The translations under genes and the position numbers were made by a program. A model generated the notes under the pieces. It searched no databases. It was not told the DNA's origin and worked only from the letters and a program-made list of their open reading frames with translations. A stretch of DNA of 64,000 bases, from NCBI GenBank assembly GCA_948788915.1, contig CAQFOZ010000002.1, positions 11,407-75,406 of the forward strand, given 5' to 3'. Shown piece by piece: positions 30,359 to 40,745 of this stretch; within the stretch, counting starts at the first letter, position 1, and each line of letters starts with the position of its first letter. Origin of the DNA: an uncultured Muribaculaceae bacterium (GTDB lineage: Bacteria; Bacteroidota; Bacteroidia; Bacteroidales; Muribaculaceae).

Positions 30359-33300
30359 ATGGAACTTAATGAAGCCGTAAATCTTTTTATTTCCCCCGCC
30401 AGGCGCAACGCTCTACAAAAGAACCTAACCGATAAAATAATTAAACGCATAGAGATTTCCGGACTTGAGGGAAGTGCTCCTGCAATGCTTCTTGCATCAC
30501 TTGATGCCACCGGCGATCCGGCTCTCGTAATTGCCGATGATCTTGATCAGGCAGGATACATATACAATGATCTATGCCAGATTATGGGAGCTGACAAGGT
30601 TGCTATATTTCCCAGTGGATATAAACGCGATATAAAATACGGACAGTCTGACCCACCTTCGCAGATACTGCGTTCAGAGGTTCTTGATCTTCTTAATAAT
30701 AATAAAAGCAACCTACGATATGTGGTTTGTTACCCCGAATCTCTTGCAGAGAAAGTTGCTGACTCCAACACTGTGTCTGCCAACTCTATTTCCATCGTGA
30801 AAGGAGATATAATAAAGCAGACTGGTATTCTGTCCCGACTTCGCGAACTCGGCTTTACGGAAACTGAATATGTATACGAGCCGGGGCAGTTCGCCCACAG
30901 GGGATCTATCATTGATGTCTATTCTTTCTCAAACGATCTGCCCTATCGTATAGATTTTTTTGACGACGAAGTGGATTCCATAAGGACGTTCAATGTCGAG
31001 ACCCAATTAAGTGAGCAAAAACTGGAAAACATCTCAATTCTTCCTCCGTCTATCTCAGAGAGCGGTGACAACGGCATTTCCCTGCTTGAGTATGTTTCTG
31101 AGAAAACAATTGTTTTCTGTAAATCTCCTTCTTATCTGCTGGAACGCGTAGAAGCGATAGCATCAGAGAAATTCTCGAAATCCGCCATAATTGCAGACGA
31201 GGGTGACGACAAAGCAATGGAAAAAGTTGTCAATGCAGAGGAATTTGCAAGACACTTCCTGTCCATGAAAATTGTAAAATTCGGATCCGGAATAGACTCA
31301 AAGGTTTTTGATTCCGAATCTAACATCCAATTCCACTGTAGCCCGCAGGCTTTATACCATAAAAACTTTGATCTCATATCCGAAAGTTTCAATAAATTTA
31401 TTTCTGACAATTACAGATTGCTTATTCTTTCGGATTCCCCATATCAGACAGAACGTCTTAAAAACATATTTGACGATCGGGGTGACAACATCTCTTTCAT
31501 GCCGGTAAACCACACTCTGCATGAAGGGTTCGTGGACCACGACTCTAAGGTGTGTTATTTTACGGATCATCAAATTTTCGACCGCTTCCACAAATACAGT
31601 CTCAAAAGCGATCGCGCCCGGAGCGGAAAACTTGCACTGTCTCTAAAGGAACTCAACCAGATAGAGACAGGTGATTATATCGTGCATATAGACCACGGTA
31701 TCGGTAAATTCGCGGGTCTTGTAAGAACAACTGCAAACGGGAAGCCACAGGAGATGATCAAGCTTATATATCAAAACGATGATATAATTCTTGTGAGCAT
31801 CCATGCTCTCCATAAACTCTCTAAATACAGAGGCAAAGAGGGGGTGCCTCCGAAAATAAACAAACTTGGAAGCGGAGCCTGGAATAAGCTCAAAGAGCGC
31901 ACCAAAACCAAAGTCAAGGATATTGCTCGTGACCTTATAAAACTGTATGCCGCCCGTCGCGAGGAAAAGGGATTTGCTTTTTCTCCCGATTCCTATCTGC
32001 AACATGAGCTTGAGGCAAGTTTCATATACGAGGACACTCCCGACCAGCTCAAAGCCACACAGGCAATTAAGACGGATATGGAATCGGCAAAGCCGATGGA
32101 CAGACTTATTTGCGGCGACGTAGGCTTCGGCAAAACCGAAATTGCTATTAGAGCCGCTTTCAAGGCCGCCGCCGACAATAAACAGACTGCTGTCCTTGTC
32201 CCTACCACTGTACTTGCCTTACAACATTACCACACTTTTGCTAATAGACTGAAAGATCTTCCGGTAAAAGTGGATTTCATCTCTCGCGCACGTAAGCCAA
32301 AAGAGGTTAAACAGATACTTGCTGATCTGGAACAAGGGAAAATCGACATTCTGATTGGCACTCACAAAATAATAGGCAAAGGTGTCAAATTCAAAGATCT
32401 CGGATTGTTGGTAATAGATGAAGAACAGAAATTCGGAGTCGCTGTAAAAGAGAAACTGAAACAACTCAAAGTCAATGTTGACACTCTAACCATGAGTGCG
32501 ACCCCAATTCCACGCACACTTCAGTTCTCTCTTATGGGAGCCCGCGATCTCAGCTCACTCAACACTCCGCCTGCCAACCGGCATCCTATTGTCACATCGG
32601 TCAGCAGTTTCGATGATGAGGTAATAAGCGAGGCTGTCAATTTTGAACTTAGTCGTAACGGTCAGGTATTCTTCATATCAAACCGAATTGAGAATCTTGC
32701 TAATATCGAAAATACTCTCCGCAGACTCATCCCGGACATTCGCATTGTGACTGCACACGGGCAGATGCCTCCCGAACGGGTGGAGCAGGCAATAATAGAT
32801 TTTGCCAATCACGATTACGATGTGTTGCTGTCTACAACCATCGTAGAAAACGGCATAGACATGCCTAACGTAAACACAATCATTGTCAATAACGCACAGA
32901 ATTTCGGCCTGAGCGAGCTCCATCAGCTACGGGGAAGAGTCGGCCGCAGTTCCAGAAAAGCATTCTGTTATCTTCTCGTACCGGCAGGACTGCCTCTTAC
33001 TCCTGTGGCTCGCAGACGACTCTCTGCAATAGAAAGTTTTAGTGACTTGGGTGCCGGTATCCATATAGCGATGCAGGATCTTGATATTCGTGGCGCAGGG
33101 AACCTTTTGGGGGCAGAACAGAGCGGCTTTATTGCAGACCTTGGTTATGAGGCTTATCAGAAAATTCTCAAGGAATCTGTTCTTGAACTTAAGACAGAAG
33201 AGTTTGGCGAAACTTTTACGGATATTGCCGACGGTAAAGATGAAGAATTTACAGCAGACTGTACGATTGAGTCAGATCTTGAACTGCTTCTGCCCCCCAC

Positions 33301-33715
33301 GTATGTCCCTCAGGAGAATGAACGTATCACCCTTTACCGACGTCTGGACAACATGGAAACAGTAGATAAGATAGAGGAATTCCGAGCAGAACTGCGTGAC
33401 CGCTTCGGTGAGATACCGGAAACCTCGGAAGAGCTTATCCGGATAGTACCGCTCCGAATGTCTGCACGTCGTCTGGGAATCGAGCGCCTTGTACTTAAAG
33501 ACGGTAAAATGCGTATCTATTTTGTAGGTGACGACAACAAGGCCTATTACAATTCAGCTGCCTTCGGCAAGGTATTGTCATATTTGCAACAAAATCCAAA
33601 ACGTTGCCAGCTGAAAGAAGTCAACACTCGCAGACTAATGGTTCTCGACTCCGTACGCAGCGTCTCCGACGCCCTCTCCATTCTCTCCAACATCGAATCG
33701 CTAACCCCTCTCTGA
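30359..33715 (+). CDS. mfd: Transcription-repair coupling factor
   Basis: CGDVGFGKTE, DEEQ, SATPIPRT, QLRGRVGR, TRCF C-terminus. Confidence 0.98.
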   Translation: MELNEAVNLFISPARRNALQKNLTDKIIKRIEISGLEGSAPAMLLASLDATGDPALVIADDLDQAGYIYNDLCQIMGADKVAIFPSGYKRDIKYGQSDPPSQILRSEVLDLLNNNKSNLRYVVCYPESLAEKVADSNTVSANSISIVKGDIIKQTGILSRLRELGFTETEYVYEPGQFAHRGSIIDVYSFSNDLPYRIDFFDDEVDSIRTFNVETQLSEQKLENISILPPSISESGDNGISLLEYVSEKTIVFCKSPSYLLERVEAIASEKFSKSAIIADEGDDKAMEKVVNAEEFARHFLSMKIVKFGSGIDSKVFDSESNIQFHCSPQALYHKNFDLISESFNKFISDNYRLLILSDSPYQTERLKNIFDDRGDNISFMPVNHTLHEGFVDHDSKVCYFTDHQIFDRFHKYSLKSDRARSGKLALSLKELNQIETGDYIVHIDHGIGKFAGLVRTTANGKPQEMIKLIYQNDDIILVSIHALHKLSKYRGKEGVPPKINKLGSGAWNKLKERTKTKVKDIARDLIKLYAARREEKGFAFSPDSYLQHELEASFIYEDTPDQLKATQAIKTDMESAKPMDRLICGDVGFGKTEIAIRAAFKAAADNKQTAVLVPTTVLALQHYHTFANRLKDLPVKVDFISRARKPKEVKQILADLEQGKIDILIGTHKIIGKGVKFKDLGLLVIDEEQKFGVAVKEKLKQLKVNVDTLTMSATPIPRTLQFSLMGARDLSSLNTPPANRHPIVTSVSSFDDEVISEAVNFELSRNGQVFFISNRIENLANIENTLRRLIPDIRIVTAHGQMPPERVEQAIIDFANHDYDVLLSTTIVENGIDMPNVNTIIVNNAQNFGLSELHQLRGRVGRSSRKAFCYLLVPAGLPLTPVARRRLSAIESFSDLGAGIHIAMQDLDIRGAGNLLGAEQSGFIADLGYEAYQKILKESVLELKTEEFGETFTDIADGKDEEFTADCTIESDLELLLPPTYVPQENERITLYRRLDNMETVDKIEEFRAELRDRFGEIPETSEELIRIVPLRMSARRLGIERLVLKDGKMRIYFVGDDNKAYYNSAAFGKVLSYLQQNPKRCQLKEVNTRRLMVLDSVRSVSDALSILSNIESLTPL

Positions 33716-33804
33716 TCCCCGCCGAGCCTCCTAACACTTCTCCTCCATCCCGCTCTATCATGCTCCATCATGATTCAACATGCTCCATCCCCTAAATCAT
33801 CTGT

Positions 33805-33897
33805 CCCTAAACTCCCTAAAGACCTTAAAAACCCTAAAGACCCTAAAGACTCTAAAGACCTTAAAAACCTTAAAGACCTTAAAGACCCTAAACTCTA
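33805..33897 (+). repeat. 9-mer tandem array (ACCCTAAAG / ACCTTAAAG, about 10 units)
   Basis: Visible directly; it produces the spurious LKTLKT and PKDPKD ORFs. Confidence 0.9.
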
Positions 33898-33925
33898 CAT
33901 TCCCCATACCCGTCACGGCTGGGAT

Positions 33926-33947
33926 TGTGACTTGTCCCCAAGTCGCG
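33926..33947 (+). repeat. REP-like hairpin
   Basis: TGTGACTTG-TCCC-CAAGTCGCG. Confidence 0.6.
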
Positions 33948-33975
33948 CCTCGACAGTATTTTCTTACTTATAATA

Positions 33976-34017
33976 TTAAAAGCAGGGGACTCCGATGTGG
34001 CGTTCCCTGCTTTTAAA
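33976..34017. terminator. Bidirectional terminator between mfd and yebC
   Basis: AAAAGCAGGGGAC...GTTCCCTGCTTTT. Confidence 0.8.
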
Positions 34018-34035
34018 TATACTTTTAAACTTATT

Positions 34036-34749
34036 TTATTCCTCTTTCATATTGTGGAAGACGTTTTGAACATCTTCATCTTCCTCGAATTTCTCAAGCA
34101 GTTTGTCGAGTTGCTCACGCTGTTCTGCCGTAACCTCTTTGTAATCGGTAGGAATACGCTCAAACTCGGCTGAGACAATCTCGAGCCCTTTATCCTCAAG
34201 GAAACTCTGAAGATTTGAGAACTGATCAAATGCTCCGTATACAAGCCATTCCTCTTCATCTGTCTCAAGTTCTGCCTCAAAGTCCATCAAGTCAAGTTCA
34301 AATTCATCCATCGCCACATCTGCGTTAGGTTTGATATGGAACACACTCTTATGGTCGAACAGGAATGAAAGAGAACCTTGTGTACCAAGCGAACCACCGA
34401 ATTTATTGAAATAACTGCGCACATTAGCTACAGTGCGCTGATTATTATCGGTTGCAGTCTCAACAACAATTGCGATTCCAAATGGTCCGTAGCCCTCATA
34501 TACAATCTCCTTATAGTCCGTAGCATCCTTATCGGTTGCCTTTTTGATTGCACGGTCTATGGTGTCTTTTGGCATATTCGCTGCCTTCGCATTGTGTATC
34601 AACACCCTGAGGCGAGGATTCATTGACGGATCCGGACCTCCGGCCTTAGCTGCGATTGTGATTTCTTTACCGATACGTGTGAATGTTCGGCTCATGTTGC
34701 CCCATCGTTTCAATTTGCGGGCCTTACGGAATTCAAATGCTCTTCCCAT
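34036..34749 (-). CDS. yebC: YebC/PmpR family protein
   Basis: MGRAFEFRK, YEGYGP, TDNNQRT, DVQNVFHN. Confidence 0.95.
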   Translation of the reverse strand: MGRAFEFRKARKLKRWGNMSRTFTRIGKEITIAAKAGGPDPSMNPRLRVLIHNAKAANMPKDTIDRAIKKATDKDATDYKEIVYEGYGPFGIAIVVETATDNNQRTVANVRSYFNKFGGSLGTQGSLSFLFDHKSVFHIKPNADVAMDEFELDLMDFEAELETDEEEWLVYGAFDQFSNLQSFLEDKGLEIVSAEFERIPTDYKEVTAEQREQLDKLLEKFEEDEDVQNVFHNMKEE

Positions 34750-34780
34750 CTTTTATATGTATGGTATTTTTATTAATTTT

Positions 34781-37267
34781 TTATCGAAGTTCTGCGCCAA
34801 TGGCCTTTACAGCCTTGATAATTCTGTTCATGGCATCTTCAATCTGCTTGTCGGTAAGTGTCTTCTCATTATCTTGCAGAGTCATGCCGACAGCATAAGA
34901 TTTCTTTCCTTCCGGAAGATTCTTACCCTCATAGACATCGAAAAGACGCACATTGCGTAGCATCTTTCTCTCCGCCTTACGTATCGCGGCATCTATGTCG
35001 GCAAATCTTACTGAGTTATCGACAAGCAGAGCAAGATCTCTCTCAACGGGTTGCGTCTTTGCCAGCTCCGAATATACTACAGTGTTCTTTGCTATAAGTT
35101 TAAATACGGCATCCCACTCTATTGCCGCATAACATACATTTTGCTCTATGCCAAATTTCTTAAGCACCGAAGATCTTACAACACCAACCTGAGCAAGCAA
35201 CTTTCCATTCCGTGACGCAATGTCAAGCTTTGCTGCAAACAGTTCATCCGAGGTCTGGGTTCTGGTAAGAGACCCCTCAGGCAATCCAAGACGCTTGAAA
35301 ATATTGTTTACAATACCCATCAGGTCATATACCGATGACTCGACTTTCGCAACATTCCATGAGAATGGTGTTTTTTCTCCGGTCAACCATATACCCAATT
35401 TCATGCGCTCCGAATATGGTGCCAATGGCTTTTCAGCGGTTGACTCCTTCTCCGGATTGAATGTATAGACATTCCCGAACTCATAGAATTTCAAATCAGG
35501 CATCTTTCTGTTTGCATTATGGGCGATTGATTCAAGACCTCCGTAAAGAAGAGTCTGACGCATCACGCCAAGATCCCCGCTAAGTGGATTCATAACCTTC
35601 ACACACTTGCCCAGAGGAAGCAATTCGGAGTTTTCATAATAGCCTACCGCTGACAACGAATTGTTCATTATCTCGCAATAGCCTTCCGCTGTGAGTTGTT
35701 CGCTCACCAGTTGCTGCAGCTTATAACTCTCGTCCGTATTCCCCTTGGGAGATAAGCTCATATGCATTTCATCAGAAATCTCAACATTGTTATAGCCATA
35801 AACCCTGAGAATCTCCTCCACCACGTCGCATGGACGATATACATCCACTCTGTATGTCGGTATACTCAAATGTACGACATCAGTATCTTCTGTAGGCTCT
35901 ACATCTATTTCCAATGCCTTAAGTATCGTTATTACAAGCTCTTTAGGAAGATGTTTGCCTATAAGACGGTCACAATATTGGAAAGAAAAATCCAGTTCCT
36001 TTTTCTCGACAGGAGCGTTCTTCTCATCGACAAGTTCTCCGCAGATTTCTCCACCCGCAATTTCCTTGATAAGAACAGCGGCCAGACGTGCGGCATATGT
36101 GGTTATTGCAGGATCGGCTCCTCGCTCATACCTGAAAGAAGCATCCGTAGACAACCCGTGGCGACGGGCTGTGCGGCGGATACGTGTGGAATTGAAATAC
36201 GCGCTTTCAATAAACACATCTTTTGTTGACTCGGTAACACCGGAGTCAAGACCGCCGAACACACCGGCAATGCACATAGGCTTTTCAGCATCACAAATCA
36301 TCAGATCAGAATCGTCAAGCTCATGCTCAACTCCGTCAAGAGTTGTAAACTTAGTCCCTTTGGGACAGGTGCGTACAACAATCTCTTCTCCCGCCATTCT
36401 GGCAAGATCGAAACAATGTAAAGGCTGACCTATTCCTAAAAGCACAAAATTTGTAATGTCGACAATGTTATTGATGGGGCGTTGACCCGCTGCAATCAAA
36501 AGATTCTTAAGCCATTCGGGAGACTCACGAACTTCGACATTTCGAATGGTCACTCCTGAATAACGCGGACAACCTTCTGTGTCTTCTACCGTTACCTTCA
36601 CTGCGCCATCCTTGCGATCTACTGCAAAGGAACCGGCATCCGGCACTGTAATCTCAGGATATTCCTGTGTCACGCCTCCCTGTGCTATTTTGCACCACTG
36701 TTTCGCTTTGAGATCCCTCGCCACTCCATAATGACTGGCCGCATCAACACGATTCGGTGTAAGTTCTACTTCAAGACGATAATCGCTCTCTACATTAAAG
36801 TATTCAGCAGCAGGTGTACCGGCCTTTATATCATCAGGAAGCACCATTATTCCGGCATGGTCAGTTCCAAGTCCGAGTTCATCCTCTGCACATATCATGC
36901 CGAATGATTCTTTCCCTCTTATTTTTGATTTCTTTATCTGGAATTCCTTGTCTCCGTCATATAGTGTAGTACCGACAGTTGCTACCACCACAGTCTGACC
37001 GACAGCCACATTAGGCGCACCGCACACTATCTGCACAGGCTCGCCATTGCCAAGATCCACTGTTGTTATATGAAGATGGTCGGAATCAGGATGATCCTCA
37101 CATGTAAGAACTTTTCCTATAACAACGCCACGCAATCCGCCACGAATACTTTCAACCTCTTCTACTGTATCACATTCAAGACCAAGCGAAGTCAGGACAG
37201 CAGCAAGTTCCTTTGGTGGCAAATCGCACGCTATATAACGTTTTAGCCATTTATATGAAATATCCAT
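34781..37267 (-). CDS. pheT: Phenylalanine--tRNA ligase beta subunit
   Basis: QIVCGAPNV, LTPNRVD, NNIVDITN, FDX-ACB C-terminus. Confidence 0.98.
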   Translation of the reverse strand: MDISYKWLKRYIACDLPPKELAAVLTSLGLECDTVEEVESIRGGLRGVVIGKVLTCEDHPDSDHLHITTVDLGNGEPVQIVCGAPNVAVGQTVVVATVGTTLYDGDKEFQIKKSKIRGKESFGMICAEDELGLGTDHAGIMVLPDDIKAGTPAAEYFNVESDYRLEVELTPNRVDAASHYGVARDLKAKQWCKIAQGGVTQEYPEITVPDAGSFAVDRKDGAVKVTVEDTEGCPRYSGVTIRNVEVRESPEWLKNLLIAAGQRPINNIVDITNFVLLGIGQPLHCFDLARMAGEEIVVRTCPKGTKFTTLDGVEHELDDSDLMICDAEKPMCIAGVFGGLDSGVTESTKDVFIESAYFNSTRIRRTARRHGLSTDASFRYERGADPAITTYAARLAAVLIKEIAGGEICGELVDEKNAPVEKKELDFSFQYCDRLIGKHLPKELVITILKALEIDVEPTEDTDVVHLSIPTYRVDVYRPCDVVEEILRVYGYNNVEISDEMHMSLSPKGNTDESYKLQQLVSEQLTAEGYCEIMNNSLSAVGYYENSELLPLGKCVKVMNPLSGDLGVMRQTLLYGGLESIAHNANRKMPDLKFYEFGNVYTFNPEKESTAEKPLAPYSERMKLGIWLTGEKTPFSWNVAKVESSVYDLMGIVNNIFKRLGLPEGSLTRTQTSDELFAAKLDIASRNGKLLAQVGVVRSSVLKKFGIEQNVCYAAIEWDAVFKLIAKNTVVYSELAKTQPVERDLALLVDNSVRFADIDAAIRKAERKMLRNVRLFDVYEGKNLPEGKKSYAVGMTLQDNEKTLTDKQIEDAMNRIIKAVKAIGAELR

Positions 37268-37399
37268 AAGAATATATTTTTATCAACAACTTACAAAATT
37301 AATAAATATGAATAACCCTACAAAATATTAAAAACTGTTCCTGACATTTATATTGTACCTGTCTTGCAGAATTATGCCGATGCGGAACATTAAATCAAA

Positions 37400-38611
37400 C
37401 TATTTTGCCTCAGGCAATTCTATCCTGAATGTTGTCCCCACACCTATCTCGGATTCCTTTACGTATATCTTGCCTTTATGATACTCTTCTATTATTCTTT
37501 TCACAAGCGTAAGGCCAAGACCCCAGCCCCGTTTTTTAGTCGTGTAACCGGGATTGAAAACCGTCTTGAAATTCTTTCGCGCTATTCCTTTTCCAGTATC
37601 TCGTACCTCTATCCATATGATGTTGCGTTCAGCACCCGTCGTTATATCAAGCACTCCTTCTCCCTGCATCGCATCGACTGCATTTTTTGTCAGATTCTCC
37701 ATCACCCATTCCACAAGTGGACGTGAAAGCTTTACTCCATAGTCATCAGCAGAAAGATGCAAACGGATATCTACTTTACCTGAAACACGGCTCTTCATAT
37801 AATCTATAGATCGTTCCACAACCTCGTTGATATACTCAAGTTGCATCTCTGGGCGAGAACCAATTTTGGAAAATCGATTGGCAATTACCGAAAGACGTTT
37901 GACATCTTTGTCGATTTCATCGGTAATATCCCGCTCCACACCGGTAGTATGCAGATACTCTGTCCACGCCATAAGTGAGGAGATCGGGGTTCCCAGCTGA
38001 TGTGCGGTCTCTTTTGACAATCCCACCCAAACGCGGTTTTGCTCTGCCCTTTTTGTATAAACCATAGCAAGATAAATAATCAGGGCAAGCATCACCATAA
38101 CAGTTGTCTGTATATAAGGATAAATGCTAAGATTTTTCAACAATTTTGAATCTTCAAAATATATATATTGATTTTCTCCACCATACAATTCCACCTTGAT
38201 AAAATGACGGTTCTTTTTAGACAACGACTCCAATGCCATCCCGTTTGCTGCCTTCTTAAGTCTATCATCAAGGTATTCCCGATTACGCGTTGACAATTCG
38301 GTAAATATGGATTTATCCTCATCTCCTCTCTCTGGCAACTGAAAATTCCGAAATTCCGAAATTCCGAAATTTCTGTCACAAATAAGCACTGGAATAGAAT
38401 TGTTCTGCGATATTATCCCAAGAAGAAACTCAAGATCTGACCCCACATTGGCAGTAGCAAGTCGTTCTGTAGCCTTTGCCCATATATCCATGCGTTCCCG
38501 CTCCTGTTCTGCCAGCTGTTTTACCAAATTATTGCTCACCAACAAAAAAACTATCACCACTATTGCCGCAATAGTGATGCCTATCATTTTTCCCGTTCTT
38601 TTGTCCATCAT
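37400..38611 (-). CDS. Sensor histidine kinase, no adjacent response regulator
   Basis: KETAHQLGTP H-box, ENLTKNAVDA, DTGKG, GWGLGL; two TM helices. Confidence 0.93.
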   Translation of the reverse strand: MMDKRTGKMIGITIAAIVVIVFLLVSNNLVKQLAEQERERMDIWAKATERLATANVGSDLEFLLGIISQNNSIPVLICDRNFGISEFRNFQLPERGDEDKSIFTELSTRNREYLDDRLKKAANGMALESLSKKNRHFIKVELYGGENQYIYFEDSKLLKNLSIYPYIQTTVMVMLALIIYLAMVYTKRAEQNRVWVGLSKETAHQLGTPISSLMAWTEYLHTTGVERDITDEIDKDVKRLSVIANRFSKIGSRPEMQLEYINEVVERSIDYMKSRVSGKVDIRLHLSADDYGVKLSRPLVEWVMENLTKNAVDAMQGEGVLDITTGAERNIIWIEVRDTGKGIARKNFKTVFNPGYTTKKRGWGLGLTLVKRIIEEYHKGKIYVKESEIGVGTTFRIELPEAK

Positions 38612-38652
38612 CAAGAGCAATATTTATGGAATTGTCAAATTAAGAAACTGAC

Positions 38653-38714
38653 ATTACTTTTATTTCGTATTATTACTTTAATTCAGTATTATTACTTTTA
38701 TTCAGTATTATTAC
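38653..38714. repeat. 19 bp tandem repeat x3.3
   Basis: ATTACTTTTATTCAGTATT-like units starting at 38653, 38672 and 38691. Confidence 0.85.
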
Positions 38715-38717
38715 AGT

Positions 38718-39566
38718 CTACTCGAATTCATAAATGAACCTTGCCACGCTGTTTTCTGTGTTTGGCCCAATTACAATATCGGCGGCAGCCTTCACCTCCG
38801 GAAGTGCATTATCTACCGCCACCGCCACATCCGCAATCTCAAACATCGGAAGATCATTTATATTGTCACCGAAAACTACAACACGTTTGGCTCCCGTTCT
38901 TTCTTTCATGCGAATGACCGCCTCCGCCTTCGTAGCCTTTGGTGAAAATGCCTCCATTATCCCGATTTCCGGCCCATATATGTCATGATAGAACTGTGGC
39001 CTGAGATTATCAATCTTAAGAGCGTCTCTATACACAGACTCCGACTCTTTGGTTGGCTGCATTCCATAACAAAGAATCGTTTTATCAAAAGTATCAGGCA
39101 ACGACTCTTTACCGTCAAGATCGACATGAAACCGTTTATATGGAGAATTGATACGCTCCTCTATAAATTCACGTTCTATATTGTTCAGTCCGCTCCCTAC
39201 GTGATAAATATTTATCACATTATCGACAAGTGTAAAAAGAAATATCGGAAATTCCTTGCGATGAAGCAAATCTACAAATTGCCCGACAGCAAGGGGATCT
39301 ATATACCGCAAATCTGAATATGTATTGGTTCCTTTGTCCCATATCGCAGCACCGGTCATTACTATTGCCGGGAGACGCATCTCAACGTCTCTAAGAATTC
39401 CTGACACTGTGGCAGGCGTGCGAGCAGTTGCAATTGTAAACAATTTACAATCTGAAATACATTTATTAAGCAACCTTACAGTTTCCTCCGAGAGCCTTGC
39501 ATCTGGCTGTAACAGAGTACCATCCAAGTCACTTATAAATATCGTTTCGGGCCTTCTTCTATCCAT
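38718..39566 (-). CDS. Cof-type HAD hydrolase
   Basis: DLDGTLL, ATAR, FGDNINDLPM. Confidence 0.92.
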   Translation of the reverse strand: MDRRRPETIFISDLDGTLLQPDARLSEETVRLLNKCISDCKLFTIATARTPATVSGILRDVEMRLPAIVMTGAAIWDKGTNTYSDLRYIDPLAVGQFVDLLHRKEFPIFLFTLVDNVINIYHVGSGLNNIEREFIEERINSPYKRFHVDLDGKESLPDTFDKTILCYGMQPTKESESVYRDALKIDNLRPQFYHDIYGPEIGIMEAFSPKATKAEAVIRMKERTGAKRVVVFGDNINDLPMFEIADVAVAVDNALPEVKAAADIVIGPNTENSVARFIYEFE

Positions 39567-39710
39567 TATAAACGCGATTCCTCCAATCCATTACAAACCT
39601 GATTCACAACCGGATCCGTTCTATTCACTACAAGCGCAATTCCTGCTATCCATACGAACCTAATTCCTGCTATCTATACAAACCCGATTCCTGTCAACCA
39701 TTACAAATTG
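39553..39710. repeat. Degenerate 24-25 bp tandem repeat, about 6 units
   Basis: ATTCCTGCTATCCATACGAACCTA-like units. Confidence 0.7.
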
Positions 39711-40009
39711 GTGCCGTTTTTTGTATCCTCTTCTTTAATCTCAACAAAATCAACATCTTCGGCATACTGGTGCATTGCCTTGACTATATCATCGGCGGCA
39801 TTTTCCCTTCTCTGCCGTTCCTGTGTCTGTTTTGTTTTTTCCTGATAGTTTCTACGGGCACGTTCTTCCTCCTTTCGGGATGGCATGCCAAACATTCTGC
39901 GAATGACACTCTCTGCCCTGCGAGCCATAAACCGCCTTATCCATGATGATATCTGAGGCCAGAAGAAAACAACCAGTAAAATTATTATTGCAAATATTAA
40001 TGGAGCCAT
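39701..40009 (-). CDS. Small membrane-anchored protein (DUF4834-like)
   Basis: N-terminal TM, C-terminal EDVDFVEIKE; downstream of pssA. Confidence 0.65.
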   Translation of the reverse strand: MAPLIFAIIILLVVFFWPQISSWIRRFMARRAESVIRRMFGMPSRKEEERARRNYQEKTKQTQERQRRENAADDIVKAMHQYAEDVDFVEIKEEDTKNGTNL

Positions 40010-40043
40010 AAAATCAATTTTTATGTGACAGCACAGAGACTTA

Positions 40044-40745
40044 TTATCTCTTTTGCTGTAGAAGTCCGTATACCATATAGGCCACTATCACCCACATCAA
40101 TCCGGATAGACCCAAGAATGCCAGCAATAGCACTGTTGTTACTATCAGCAACCAGCGAAACTCATTGCCGGACCATCCGAAACTTTTGAACTTCAAAGAA
40201 AACAACTTCAACGGAGAGACCATCAGCCAACTCTCGAACAGAATAATCGGTAGCAAAACATACCAGTTTAGCACGGGCTGGACACCTTCTCGGCAAAATG
40301 CTACGAAGCCGATCCAAAAGATCGCATTGGCAGGTATCGGAAGTCCGATAAAGCTTGTAGTCTGACGAGTATCAATATTAAACTTTGCAAGACGAAGGAC
40401 ACCTGCCACAGGGATAAGCAACACAAACCAGGCAACCCATTTTTCGGGAGCATACTCCTGTATATAATTAAAAAGTATCATTGCCGGTGCCACCCCGAAA
40501 CTAACTCCGTCGCAAAGAGAGTCCAACTCCTTTCCAAGATCCGAATATGCGCCAAGAAGCCGGGCAGCAAAGCCATCCATAAAATCCATCACAGCCGCCA
40601 GGCCTATAAAGATCGACGCCCATGTGTATCCATCAAGCCCCCAATATGCATCACCCCCTTTAAATGCACAAATCACGGCCATACATCCGGCCGCGATATT
40701 CACACACGTTATACTGTTGGGAATATTCTTTACTATTATGTTCAT
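40044..40745 (-). CDS. pssA: CDP-diacylglycerol--serine O-phosphatidyltransferase
   Basis: DFMDGFAAR...GKELDSLCD..SFGVAP, RLAKFN, FIGLPIP. Confidence 0.93.
   Translation of the reverse strand: MNIIVKNIPNSITCVNIAAGCMAVICAFKGGDAYWGLDGYTWASIFIGLAAVMDFMDGFAARLLGAYSDLGKELDSLCDGVSFGVAPAMILFNYIQEYAPEKWVAWFVLLIPVAGVLRLAKFNIDTRQTTSFIGLPIPANAIFWIGFVAFCREGVQPVLNWYVLLPIILFESWLMVSPLKLFSLKFKSFGWSGNEFRWLLIVTTVLLLAFLGLSGLMWVIVAYMVYGLLQQKR

Noticed and set aside
33770..34016. ORFs reading PKDPKD / LKTLKT (also NRANKA at 17118-17327)
   Set aside because: By-products of the 9-mer arrays, which are open in several frames; no coding evidence
39553..39710. Possible CRISPR array (also 38653-38714)
   Set aside because: Units are adjacent, with no unique spacers and no cas genes
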